Shown here: piece after piece, positions 54,548 through 62,684 of the stretch
Position numbering within the stretch: position 1 is the first letter of the stretch
How the letters are laid out: each line of letters starts with the position of its first letter
DNA from: Candidatus Omnitrophota bacterium
GTDB taxonomy: Bacteria > Omnitrophota > Gorgyraeia > JAFGHF01
Reading direction: 5' to 3'
Assembly (NCBI GenBank): GCA_042571705.1
Contig: JBHPFV010000003.1
Coordinates: 28,298 to 92,297, forward strand
DNA length: 64,000 nucleotides
Made by a program: the position numbers and the translations under genes
Notes under the pieces: model-generated
Told to the model about the DNA's origin: nothing
Seen by the model: only the letters and a program-made list of their open reading frames with translations
The model's database searches: none

Positions 54548-57500
54548 CTATTCTTTGATGGTTTTTAGTAGCTCTTCAATTTCTTTCACTCTTTTCTCCG
54601 CGCCTAACTGCTCATAAGTTAACTTAGCTTCATCCAAGCTATCTTTGGCACTGCTCCGCTTAGATAAATCAATGAAGATTTTTGCCTTTTGTTCAGCAGC
54701 TTCCGCTTCCAAAAAGGGATTGCTGGTTTCCTCTGATACAGCTATGACCTTCTCTAAGGTTTTTTGTGCGTCCTCAAATTTCCTCTTTCTTCTAGCGACT
54801 TCGCAACTCAAAAGATGAAGGCGCGCTTTGGCAAATGAGTGCGGTTCTTCGAAATTTTCCATGAACTGCTCCGCTTGAGAAATGGCCAACTCCGCTTGTG
54901 CAATATCATCTAACTCAAGATACATTTCAGCTAAGTACCCCGTGAACTCGGTATGAGTTACAAAATTTGCCTCAGCGGCTTGAGCGATGACCTCTTTGAT
55001 TTGGGCCAGCCCGCTTTCCTTTTCACCCCGCTTAAAGGTAAATAAAGCCCTGTAGCCCTTGGCGATAGTTAACAAATAGCTATAACCAATTTTAGAGGTG
55101 GTATTGTATAATTTATCTACATCCTCAACTGCCTTTTCATGACAATGCATTAAAATTTCTAATTTAGCCGAAAACATATAGAGCCATGCTTCTTGAGCTG
55201 GCGGCCTTCCCATCTTTTTCAACAGTGCCCTTGGTTGGGCTATTTCTTCTTTGAAATTTTTGTACATACCCCTGTCGCATAACCATACTTGTCGAGTAAT
55301 ATAACACCATATTACTTGGTCGAAAAATTTCTCTTTTTCAGAATAATTCAGTCCGCGACTGATCAGCTCCCGATTATAGTTTTTTCCCATCAGCGCGTCG
55401 TTAACGCTCCCTTCAAAAAGCAAAGCTCCGTAACAGTATTTTTCTACCGTTTCGCTAAATCCAGTATAATGCTTTATTTCTTCGAAGATTTTTAAAGAAT
55501 GCTCTAGCTTCTTGCGAAAAGTTACAGTTTTACCTATATACTGGTACAAAGCCACAGATCCTGCTGTTAACATTGCAAAGCCGGGCCCGTCAAAATCAGG
55601 GACATATTTATCAAACAATTCCGCCGCTTCCAATGACTTCTCAGTCTTTCCTGAAAAAATCGCGCCCAGACACCACCAAACAAGAGACAAAATAGTAAAT
55701 CTTAATATTGTGCCTAAATCTCCCTCTATCTTCTTTTTGGGAGTTTGTCTGGCGAGTTTCATCTTGACCTTTATCGATAATCTCTTCGGAAGCCTATCTA
55801 CTACTTTAAATATACAGCGGAAGAGTTTAATCAGCATGGAAAAAAACGGCACCAGGCTATTTAATTCGTAAAATTGGCGTTGAGCCATTTCTAAGGCAAA
55901 GGCGGGATCAGTAATATAAGTCCATTCCAATAATCTATCTCGAGCATGCAATGCCACTGTCTTTTTATTCGGATAATCGATTTTGTCAAGTATTTCCAAA
56001 GCGCGGATAAATGATTTACTTGCCCCGACAACATCGGAAGATTCCCTTAGGGAATATCCGGCCTGAATTAAATAATCAACAGCTTTGGTTTTATCCAAAC
56101 CACGGTTAAAATGGTATGCTAATTCATTTATTACCAGCGCCTTATTATGAGCAAATTTAACTTCTAGGAGATTGCCCACTTGCTCGTGAAGCTTTTGCCT
56201 ATCCTCTTCTGTTAATTGGGCATAGAGGGTTTCTCTAACGCGGTCGTGAGTAAAGGCATAACGTTTTTCTTCAATTTTTACAAATTGCCGCTCGGTTAAT
56301 TCATCTAAAATATCAAACAGTTGAGTATCGCCAAGCTTACCAAGCTGTTTAAGAAACGATAAATCTAAATTTCGACCTACTACTGCTGAAAATCGGGCAA
56401 AACTAAGCGCATCCGGACTAAGGAGATTTAAACGTCGTGTTATTGTCGCCTCTATAGAGGTAGGAAGTTCTAAGGCGCTTATATCGGCAGGTAAAATCCA
56501 GCGGCCACGGTCCAGCTTCAATTGTTCTTCCTCAATGAGCGTCCGCATTGCTTCAGTTACAAAGAAAGGATTACCTCCTGTAGCATTATAGATTTGTTCA
56601 CTGAAATCCTCAGTTAATTCAATCCTGCCTAACATCCTTTTGATTAAAGTTTCGACATTTTTACTATTCAAAGGAGATAATTTCATTATTTTGGTCAATT
56701 CTTCTTCTGCTGTCTGAAAAATACGGTTTGTAGAATCAACTTCATCGTCACGAAAAGAAGATAAAATCATAACCGGAGACATTCTCAGTGTTCGGATACA
56801 GGCGTTTAGTAAATCTATGGAGGCCATATCCGACCAATGTAAATCTTCTATGTAAATAACCACAGGCGTAATTTTTGAAATCTCTTTCAGCCAGCCAGTT
56901 ACTGATTCGAACAAACGAGCCCGCTCAGCAAACTCTTCCAATGGTGGGGCGGGATGGTAGCCTTTATTTTTTAGTTCGGGTATAACCTTAACAAGAATTG
57001 AACCGTGTCTATCCAATATATCTTGTTTAGTTAGCGGAAGCAAAGGTTTAAAGGCATCAGCTAAAGGTTGATATGGGGTCATCGCTTGTTCGAAGCACTG
57101 ACCTTGCATAAAAGGAATTTCTGCTAATTGGATCGTTAATTTAGCTTCTTGTATTAATCGGGATTTGCCCACACCTGCCGGAGCAGCAACAAAAACACTT
57201 TGCCCTTTGCTTTCTTTTGTAAATTTTAAATGTTCTTTTAATTCCCGCATTTCTTTTTCACGACCAATCAGCTCACTGCAATTAAGATAACTCTTTCTTT
57301 GCTCTAACGTCTCTGTGGATACATCCTGACCGGTGAATTTGGCTAAATCATTAATTAGCTCCATTGTGGTTTGGTAACGGTTATCCGGCTCTTTAGCAAT
57401 AAGTTTCAATATGATCTTTTCGAGTTCCGCTGGGATATCTTTTCTAATTTTGCAAGGAGGCGCAGGAGGCTGCTCAATGTGTTTTTTGATAATCTCCAAA

Positions 57501-58306
57501 ATAGTCTTTCCTGAAAATGGAAGCTTTCCAGTAGCTAATTCATAGGCCATGATGCCCAATGAATATAAATCAGAGCGGGCATCAATTACACCACCTTTGG
57601 TAACTTCCGGGGGCAAGTAAAGGGGGGTGCCGGTGATCTCGCCGGTGCTTGAGTTGCCCATTTGTTCCATCAGGCCAAAGTCCATCATCTTGACATTGCC
57701 TTCGGGCGTAATCCGGATATTATCTGGTTTTATATCTCGATGAACCAAGAGTCTGGAATGAATGAAGTTGAGCACCTGGGCAGTTTGCATAAAGATACGA
57801 TAAACCTCAGGGATAGTCAGTCGCCTTTCTTTTAAGATGTCCCGCAACTCTCTTCCCAAAACAATTTCCATGGTAATATAAGGGTTGCTATCTTCTAACA
57901 CCCCAAAATCGTAGACATGGACAGTATTAGGATGCTTTAATTTAACCATGGTGCGAAATTCCTGTTTAAACTGTAGGTCTACTTCAGTTGCCGAAGCAGC
58001 GCCAGCAGCTATCTTCGCTCTTTTTGTCTGGGCAGCTGTGGTAGCGAAAATATCATCTCCTACCAATGGTTCCCTGACTCCAGCTTCGGTTACATTTAGG
58101 CTTGTATCTACGTCTGCAGTAGCTTTGCTAGTTTGTTTTGTCTTTGCTAATTTCCCAGTACCGGGGGAAGCTAATTTTCTAAAAAATTGCTTTAAAGCGA
58201 CTACACGGTGTTCTACCGTATCATAGACTTTCCAGGCTACGCCCATTCCTCCTTCGCCGAGTTTTTCTACTATTCTATACCGGTTTACTAATAATTTTTC
58301 AGACAA
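54548..58306 (-). CDS. Ser/Thr protein kinase fused to an AAA/STAND-type NTPase and TPR repeats
   Basis: Kinase motifs VALKQF, HRDIKPDN, MDFG and TPLYLPPE. Walker A APAGVGKSR and Walker B-like VIYIEDLHW. The C-terminal ~500 aa are TPR-like. Confidence 0.9.
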   Translation of the reverse strand: MSEKLLVNRYRIVEKLGEGGMGVAWKVYDTVEHRVVALKQFFRKLASPGTGKLAKTKQTSKATADVDTSLNVTEAGVREPLVGDDIFATTAAQTKRAKIAAGAASATEVDLQFKQEFRTMVKLKHPNTVHVYDFGVLEDSNPYITMEIVLGRELRDILKERRLTIPEVYRIFMQTAQVLNFIHSRLLVHRDIKPDNIRITPEGNVKMMDFGLMEQMGNSSTGEITGTPLYLPPEVTKGGVIDARSDLYSLGIMAYELATGKLPFSGKTILEIIKKHIEQPPAPPCKIRKDIPAELEKIILKLIAKEPDNRYQTTMELINDLAKFTGQDVSTETLEQRKSYLNCSELIGREKEMRELKEHLKFTKESKGQSVFVAAPAGVGKSRLIQEAKLTIQLAEIPFMQGQCFEQAMTPYQPLADAFKPLLPLTKQDILDRHGSILVKVIPELKNKGYHPAPPLEEFAERARLFESVTGWLKEISKITPVVIYIEDLHWSDMASIDLLNACIRTLRMSPVMILSSFRDDEVDSTNRIFQTAEEELTKIMKLSPLNSKNVETLIKRMLGRIELTEDFSEQIYNATGGNPFFVTEAMRTLIEEEQLKLDRGRWILPADISALELPTSIEATITRRLNLLSPDALSFARFSAVVGRNLDLSFLKQLGKLGDTQLFDILDELTERQFVKIEEKRYAFTHDRVRETLYAQLTEEDRQKLHEQVGNLLEVKFAHNKALVINELAYHFNRGLDKTKAVDYLIQAGYSLRESSDVVGASKSFIRALEILDKIDYPNKKTVALHARDRLLEWTYITDPAFALEMAQRQFYELNSLVPFFSMLIKLFRCIFKVVDRLPKRLSIKVKMKLARQTPKKKIEGDLGTILRFTILSLVWWCLGAIFSGKTEKSLEAAELFDKYVPDFDGPGFAMLTAGSVALYQYIGKTVTFRKKLEHSLKIFEEIKHYTGFSETVEKYCYGALLFEGSVNDALMGKNYNRELISRGLNYSEKEKFFDQVIWCYITRQVWLCDRGMYKNFKEEIAQPRALLKKMGRPPAQEAWLYMFSAKLEILMHCHEKAVEDVDKLYNTTSKIGYSYLLTIAKGYRALFTFKRGEKESGLAQIKEVIAQAAEANFVTHTEFTGYLAEMYLELDDIAQAELAISQAEQFMENFEEPHSFAKARLHLLSCEVARRKRKFEDAQKTLEKVIAVSEETSNPFLEAEAAEQKAKIFIDLSKRSSAKDSLDEAKLTYEQLGAEKRVKEIEELLKTIKE

Positions 58307-58850
58307 AAGTCTTTACTCCCGTAGCATTGCTTAGCTCATTTTTGAACGCTTGGACAAATCTTTCTTCGCAATCTTTTTCAAATTTTACTCCCGAGGACTC
58401 ATATTTGATGACCATAGCTATTTTAATAAACACATTTAAGATAGAACTGCGCGAAGGCTTATTGCCACCGGAGAATCTTATCTCACCGGCTATTTTATCG
58501 ATAAAGTTAATTTGATTTTTATTCATTCTAATATTAGCTACAAGTAAATTGTTATTGCCTCCATTTTTTAGCGGGTTCATCTTTGGTCTGAGCTCTTCCG
58601 GTAAAGCTATTAATCTATTAAGGATCCTTTGCTGCAGTTCGGCCTCGGTTTTAATCTTTTTAAAATTGATATCCAGTTTGATGAAGGCATTGATTAGGCT
58701 GCGAATGATATACGACTTGGGTAGCTTATAACCGCCATTCAGCTTCATGGAGATGCTTAAGCTGTACAGCCAATCGCTGGCCTCTTTATCCAGAAAGATC
58801 GGGATCCGGAATAAATTTTTCTCTACATTGGCCCTAAATCTCTTATTCAC
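58299..58850 (-). CDS. hypothetical protein with two ribbon-helix-helix-like repeats
   Basis: 183 aa with an internal duplication (FRIPIFLDKEASDWL..KLPKSYIIRSLINAFIKL and VANIRMNKNQINFIDKI..NKPSRSSILNVFIKIAMVI), each with an RHH-like strand-helix-helix pattern. 8-bp overlap with the kinase start. GTG start. Confidence 0.4.
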   Translation of the reverse strand: MNKRFRANVEKNLFRIPIFLDKEASDWLYSLSISMKLNGGYKLPKSYIIRSLINAFIKLDINFKKIKTEAELQQRILNRLIALPEELRPKMNPLKNGGNNNLLVANIRMNKNQINFIDKIAGEIRFSGGNKPSRSSILNVFIKIAMVIKYESSGVKFEKDCEERFVQAFKNELSNATGVKTFV

Positions 58851-58871
58851 TTATAGGCCCCACCTGATAAT

Positions 58872-58910
58872 AAAAAAACCGAACTGCTTTTTTCCGTAAC
58901 GGCAGTCCGG
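58872..58910 (-). terminator. intrinsic terminator or attenuator hairpin in the leader of the RHH-kinase operon
   Basis: - strand ACCGGACTGC, 14-nt loop, GCAGTTCGGT (10 bp including one G:U), followed by T7. It lies 22 nt upstream of the GTG at 58850 and downstream of the promoter at 59020-59048. Confidence 0.6.
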
Positions 58911-59019
58911 TTAACGAGTTAACTAAACATTTAGCTAACATTTTCATGTTCAGTTGCTTTATCCTCCCATTTCTCAGATCCGACTATAATACTTTATAAT
59001 ATACTATAATATACTCCTT

Positions 59020-59048
59020 TTTATAACACAGAGCTTATCCTTTGTCAA
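59020..59048 (-). promoter_or_regulatory. sigma70-type promoter just downstream of dinB
   Basis: - strand TTGACA (59048-59043), 17-nt spacer, TATAAA (59025-59020). Confidence 0.55.
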
Positions 59049-59088
59049 GTGTATTTTTATGCTTTTCAATATTTTTATAACTGTTTAT

Positions 59089-60261
59089 TTAAGAAGCGGT
59101 AATAGTAAACTGGGCAGGGTAGATAGTTTGGTCGCCAAAGCGGGCGTTAATCTGATCTAAGGCCAAGAGCAGCTCTTGTCTTTTTATGTCTTGCTCAAAT
59201 AGATAGGCAGGATTGGTTGGAATCAGCTTGGATACCGTTACCCCCAAGGCCCTGACCAGCTTAAGCTGCTTAGGTAGGCTGTTCAGGATAATTAGACTGC
59301 GCTGATATATCTGCTTACCGTCAAAGGTGGCCTCAGAGAAGCTTTTCTGCTTGGACCACCACTGCAGATCAGGCCCGCGTAAATAAAGGTGGACCACAGA
59401 GCCTTCTAAAAGTAAGTTACGTAGCCTTTGGGCAACCATTTCGCAGAGCACCCTCAACCAAGCCTTAATCAGCTCAATTTTGCTAATGTTTCTTTCTAGA
59501 GTATAAGAGTGGCCTACAGACTTAGGGGGTAGTTTAGTTTGTGTGTATAGTTCTACTATATCTGAGTCTTCTCCCCTGGCTGCTTGATTTAACCAGAGGC
59601 CGTACTTCCCAAAACGCTTCTTTAAAACAACAGACGGAGTGTTAGCTAACTGGCCGCAGGTAAAGATAGACATCTCCTGCAGGTAGACGGTTATTTTAGG
59701 TCCGATACCACAGATTTTTTCAACAGGCATATCTTCGAGGATGTTTTCCAGATCCTCTCTTTTCCAAATAACTAACCCATCGGGCTTATCTGCTTTGGAA
59801 GCCAGTTTGGCCATCAGTCTATTGGGAGCCACACCGATTGAGCCGGTAATGTCAAGCTGCTGTACAATCTTTTGCTTAATTATTCGGGCCAGCTGTTCAG
59901 TCGAGCCAAATAACTTTTGACAGCCGGTAATATCCAGATAGAATTCATCTATAGAACTCATTTCCACTTGCGGGCTAAATTCTGAGAGCAGCTTAAAGAT
60001 CTTTTGGGCGGTATAGATATATTTAGTGCTATCGGCGGGCATAAATATGGCTTCCGGGCAAAGCCTGAAGGCTTCTTTAGCGCTCATCCCCGATGCGCAG
60101 CCTCGGGCCTTGGCTTCATAGGAGCAAGCGGCGACCACAGTGCGGTATTTATCAGCTCGCGAGCCGACAATTACAGGCTTGCCTTTTAGCTTAATATTGA
60201 CGGCCTGCTCTACAGAGGCGAAAAAGGCATCCATGTCTAGATGGAGAATAAGCTTATCCAA
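59089..60261 (-). CDS. dinB: DNA polymerase IV (Y-family)
   Basis: ILHLDMDAFFASVEQ, SIDEFYLD, and the little-finger C-terminal region. 390 aa. Confidence 0.92.
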   Translation of the reverse strand: MDKLILHLDMDAFFASVEQAVNIKLKGKPVIVGSRADKYRTVVAACSYEAKARGCASGMSAKEAFRLCPEAIFMPADSTKYIYTAQKIFKLLSEFSPQVEMSSIDEFYLDITGCQKLFGSTEQLARIIKQKIVQQLDITGSIGVAPNRLMAKLASKADKPDGLVIWKREDLENILEDMPVEKICGIGPKITVYLQEMSIFTCGQLANTPSVVLKKRFGKYGLWLNQAARGEDSDIVELYTQTKLPPKSVGHSYTLERNISKIELIKAWLRVLCEMVAQRLRNLLLEGSVVHLYLRGPDLQWWSKQKSFSEATFDGKQIYQRSLIILNSLPKQLKLVRALGVTVSKLIPTNPAYLFEQDIKRQELLLALDQINARFGDQTIYPAQFTITAS

Positions 60262-60282
60262 CTTAATTAATCTTTCTAGATC

Positions 60283-60564
60283 TTAGGAGGTGTTAGCTAA
60301 TTTCCAGGAGAGAGTCCGGTTGCTAAAATAGATTTGGAAGGTATTGGCGCCGTCGGTAACGCTAAAACAATATAATTTTTCCCGGCCCTGATAGTCTTTC
60401 CAAAAGAAATTCACCCGTTTGATATCGTATCTTTGATTGCCTAAAGTAAAGCAGATCGGCTTAATTTTTCCTGGTCCAAACCGGGCGATTACTTCGATAG
60501 TTTGATGGGCGGTATTTTGCGGTTGGAAGCTGGGTCGATCCCAGCGGCTATTCGGATTAAACAT
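60283..60564 (-). CDS. hypothetical protein inside the lexA-dinB operon
   Basis: 93-aa ORF overlapping the lexA stop by 8 bp and ending 21 bp before dinB. No motif recognised. Confidence 0.5.
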   Translation of the reverse strand: MFNPNSRWDRPSFQPQNTAHQTIEVIARFGPGKIKPICFTLGNQRYDIKRVNFFWKDYQGREKLYCFSVTDGANTFQIYFSNRTLSWKLANTS

Positions 60565-61153
60565 AGTTTCTAATTACTGAGATTACTTTCCCGATTATAT
60601 GGAAATTATCCTTGATTAAAATAGGCGTATAGTTCTTGTTGGCTGGCTGAAGATAGATTTTGTTTTTATGTTTCCTAAAATATTTGACCGTAGCTTCATT
60701 GTCCACCAGGGCAACTACAATATCCCCAGTTGCGCAAGTGTTTTGCTTGCGCACCAACAGTAAATCATCAGGCATAATGCCTGCTTCAATCATGCTCTCC
60801 CCCTTGGCCCTTAAAGCAAACTGATTTCCATCTTTTAAGATTAGGCGTTCTAAGTCAAGATAGCCTTCAATATCTTCATAGGTTAAGGTTGGGCTGCCGG
60901 CATAGACTTGGGCCACAATGGGCAGCTGCAGCAATTTTTGATTTATAATTTCAATGGCCCTTGCTTTTTTCTTAGTTAACTTGAGATATCCTTTATTTTG
61001 TAAAGTGCGCAGATAATCCCTGACTGTGCCGGTTGAGGAAAAATGGAAATTCTGGCCAATCTCCCTAATCGTTGGCGGCCTTCTCTCATGCCAGATCTTT
61101 TTGGCAATAAACCGCAGTACTTGGTTTTGCTTTGGAGTTAGCGGTATTTCCAT
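60557..61153 (-). CDS. lexA: LexA repressor
   Basis: Winged-HTH N-terminus (LTPKQNQVLRFI..PTIREIG), an S24 peptidase domain with GESM (Ser) and ATVKYF (Lys). The likely start is ATG 61153 (MEIPLTPKQ..), since the track's GTG at 61171 lies inside the promoter. Confidence 0.9.
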   Translation of the reverse strand: MEIPLTPKQNQVLRFIAKKIWHERRPPTIREIGQNFHFSSTGTVRDYLRTLQNKGYLKLTKKKARAIEIINQKLLQLPIVAQVYAGSPTLTYEDIEGYLDLERLILKDGNQFALRAKGESMIEAGIMPDDLLLVRKQNTCATGDIVVALVDNEATVKYFRKHKNKIYLQPANKNYTPILIKDNFHIIGKVISVIRNYV

Positions 61154-61159
61154 AGGGGT

Positions 61160-61188
61160 TTTATACCACACTTTTGTGTGGATGTCAA
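61160..61188 (-). promoter_or_regulatory. lexA promoter with an embedded perfect palindrome (candidate SOS operator)
   Basis: - strand TTGACA (61188-61183), then the 17-nt spacer TCCACACAAAAGTGTGG, then TATAAA (61165-61160). The spacer contains the 16-bp palindrome CCACACAAAAGTGTGG (61166-61181). Only 6 nt separate the -10 box from the ATG. Confidence 0.6.
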
Positions 61189-61192
61189 GTGG

Positions 61193-61222
61193 AAAAAAAG
61201 GCCCATTCTTTTCGAATGAGCC
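61193..61222 (-). terminator. intrinsic terminator of the 61251-61577 gene
   Basis: - strand GGCTCATTC, 5-nt loop, GAATGGGCC (one mismatch), followed by T7. Confidence 0.7.
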
Positions 61223-61250
61223 TTTTTAGTATCTATTTCTATTTATGGTG

Positions 61251-61577
61251 TTATTCCCATTCTTCGAATACAAATTCCGGACTGATCATTGGTTCATAAT
61301 CAGCAGGTGCCGGAATCGGGAAAGTTACGGTCTCATACACTCCAGCAGCAGTGCGCAGGAGTCCTACGGCCGCTCCCTTAATCCAACCCCAAGTTAATCC
61401 TAATAGAGGATTGTCATTTTTACTGATTAGGATAACTTTCTTGGGAATTTCTACCACACCAGTAACTGCGTTAGCTAAGCCTCTTCCTAATTTTCTGATT
61501 GGATCAGCAAAACACGGAGATATAATTAAATTAGAAATGAGGACGACAGCTATTAAAACCAGAAACCATTTACGCAT
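61251..61577 (-). CDS. small secreted protein, possibly of the exosortase-associated TIGR04073-like family
   Basis: Signal peptide, then DPIRKLGRGLANAVTGVVEIPK, which resembles my recollection of that family's core motif. Not verified by HMM. Confidence 0.45.
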   Translation of the reverse strand: MRKWFLVLIAVVLISNLIISPCFADPIRKLGRGLANAVTGVVEIPKKVILISKNDNPLLGLTWGWIKGAAVGLLRTAAGVYETVTFPIPAPADYEPMISPEFVFEEWE

Positions 61578-61681
61578 CTCTACACCTCCTTTCCTCCAGC
61601 TTTAAACTATAGCTGATTTTTTTCCTTCTTATGTTTGTAACATATTGTAATTACTTTGTCAAGGAAAAAATTACCCAAAAG

Positions 61682-62116
61682 TTATTTTACCAGCCAAACT
61701 CCGGCGATAATTAAAGAAGTGCCGATTAACCTGGCTAAGGTGACGTTTTCTTTAAGGATCAATACACTGAGCAGAGCGGTAACTAAGGGATAGCAGGCGG
61801 CAATCGGGACTACTTTCGAGGTCGCCCCGGACTTAAGTGCCGCAAAATAAGTCCACATTCCGAAAAGTCCGGCCATGATCCCGCTGATGATAAATATGAT
61901 TACGGTTTTGCTTTCAGTGTTAATCAGCTGTTTAATTCTTCCGGTTAAGGCTAAAGTGATTATTAAAGCTGAAGTAATCCCTAGACTTCTGATGGTTATC
62001 GCAATCAGCGGAGTAGTATTGCGCAAGCCGGTTTTTTCTAATATTGGCGCTGTGCCCCAGAGTAATGCCGTTAACAGTAAGAGCATCAAAACAGACATCT
62101 TCTTCTCCACTTTCAA
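61682..62116 (-). CDS. single-EamA-domain (DMT superfamily) small membrane transporter
   Basis: 144 aa, 4-5 TM helices, EamA-like sequence (LLWGTAPILEK.., ..LIIAGVWLV). Confidence 0.68.
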   Translation of the reverse strand: MKVEKKMSVLMLLLLTALLWGTAPILEKTGLRNTTPLIAITIRSLGITSALIITLALTGRIKQLINTESKTVIIFIISGIMAGLFGMWTYFAALKSGATSKVVPIAACYPLVTALLSVLILKENVTLARLIGTSLIIAGVWLVK

Positions 62117-62124
62117 TTCTTTGT

Positions 62125-62544
62125 CTATCGTGATTCTACGCGTTGTAAGTCCGGACCAGGCAAGGATGGCTGCGGTTGTTCGATTATTGAGATAATCGGT
62201 TCTTCGCTTTGGCCTTGTTCTAATTCAAAGCTTAGGCTATGTTGGTCGGTTAGTTGCCAGGGGATCAGCACTTCAGCTATAAACGAAAATGGAAGATACT
62301 CATAAAAAGGCCCCTTTAGCTTGACCTCAGTTCTCAAATTGGTGTGTTCCGGCTTGACTAATTCTAAGTGGTGGGTGCCGTAGTACAGAAATTCGTGGCT
62401 TAAGGGCGTATTTCCGATTAGTTTGCGGTCTAAGTAGACTTCGGCTCCGGGAGGCTTGGAGTCTATGGTGACGATTCTGCGCACGCAGCCGGAATTAAAC
62501 ACTACTAATAACAGCAAAATTGTAATCAGCAGACTTTTCTTCAT
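62125..62544 (-). CDS. PEGA-domain lipoprotein
   Basis: Lipobox NSGC after MKKSLLITILLLLVVF. PEGA motif IDSKPPGAEVYLDRKLIGNTPL. The start is set at ATG 62544 (AAGGGG RBS) rather than the track's 62598. Confidence 0.7.
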   Translation of the reverse strand: MKKSLLITILLLLVVFNSGCVRRIVTIDSKPPGAEVYLDRKLIGNTPLSHEFLYYGTHHLELVKPEHTNLRTEVKLKGPFYEYLPFSFIAEVLIPWQLTDQHSLSFELEQGQSEEPIISIIEQPQPSLPGPDLQRVESR

Positions 62545-62556
62545 TTTTTTTACCCC

Positions 62557-62585
62557 TTGCCAAAACTCTATTTTTGTGCTATACT
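62557..62585 (+). promoter_or_regulatory. sigma70-type promoter on the + strand (opposite to all neighbouring genes)
   Basis: TTGCCA (62557-62562), 17-nt spacer ending in TGc (extended -10), TATACT (62580-62585). Confidence 0.45.
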
Positions 62586-62591
62586 TACTTA

Positions 62592-62684
62592 GTGCCAACT
62601 TGAAAGTGCAGAAAACACCGCTGCTGCGTACACCCTCATGGGGCGATGATGAGGAGGTAGCGGGTCCTCCAAGTTGGCTTTTTT
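62592..62684 (+). ncRNA. candidate ~93-nt structured small RNA, antisense to the aminopeptidase-PEGA intergenic region
   Basis: Begins about 7 nt after the promoter above. A 9-bp closing stem GCCAACTTG (62594-62602) / CAAGTTGGC (62670-62678) encloses GCAG/CTGC, CCC/GGG and GAGGA/TCCTC hairpins, and is followed by T6 (62679-62684). Confidence 0.3.

Noticed and set aside
61154-61171. GTG-initiated 6-codon extension of lexA, and similarly the 18-codon extension of the PEGA gene (62545-62598)
   Set aside because: The lexA extension lies inside the -10 box and palindrome of its own promoter. The PEGA extension precedes an obvious signal-peptide start (MKKSLL..) that has an RBS.
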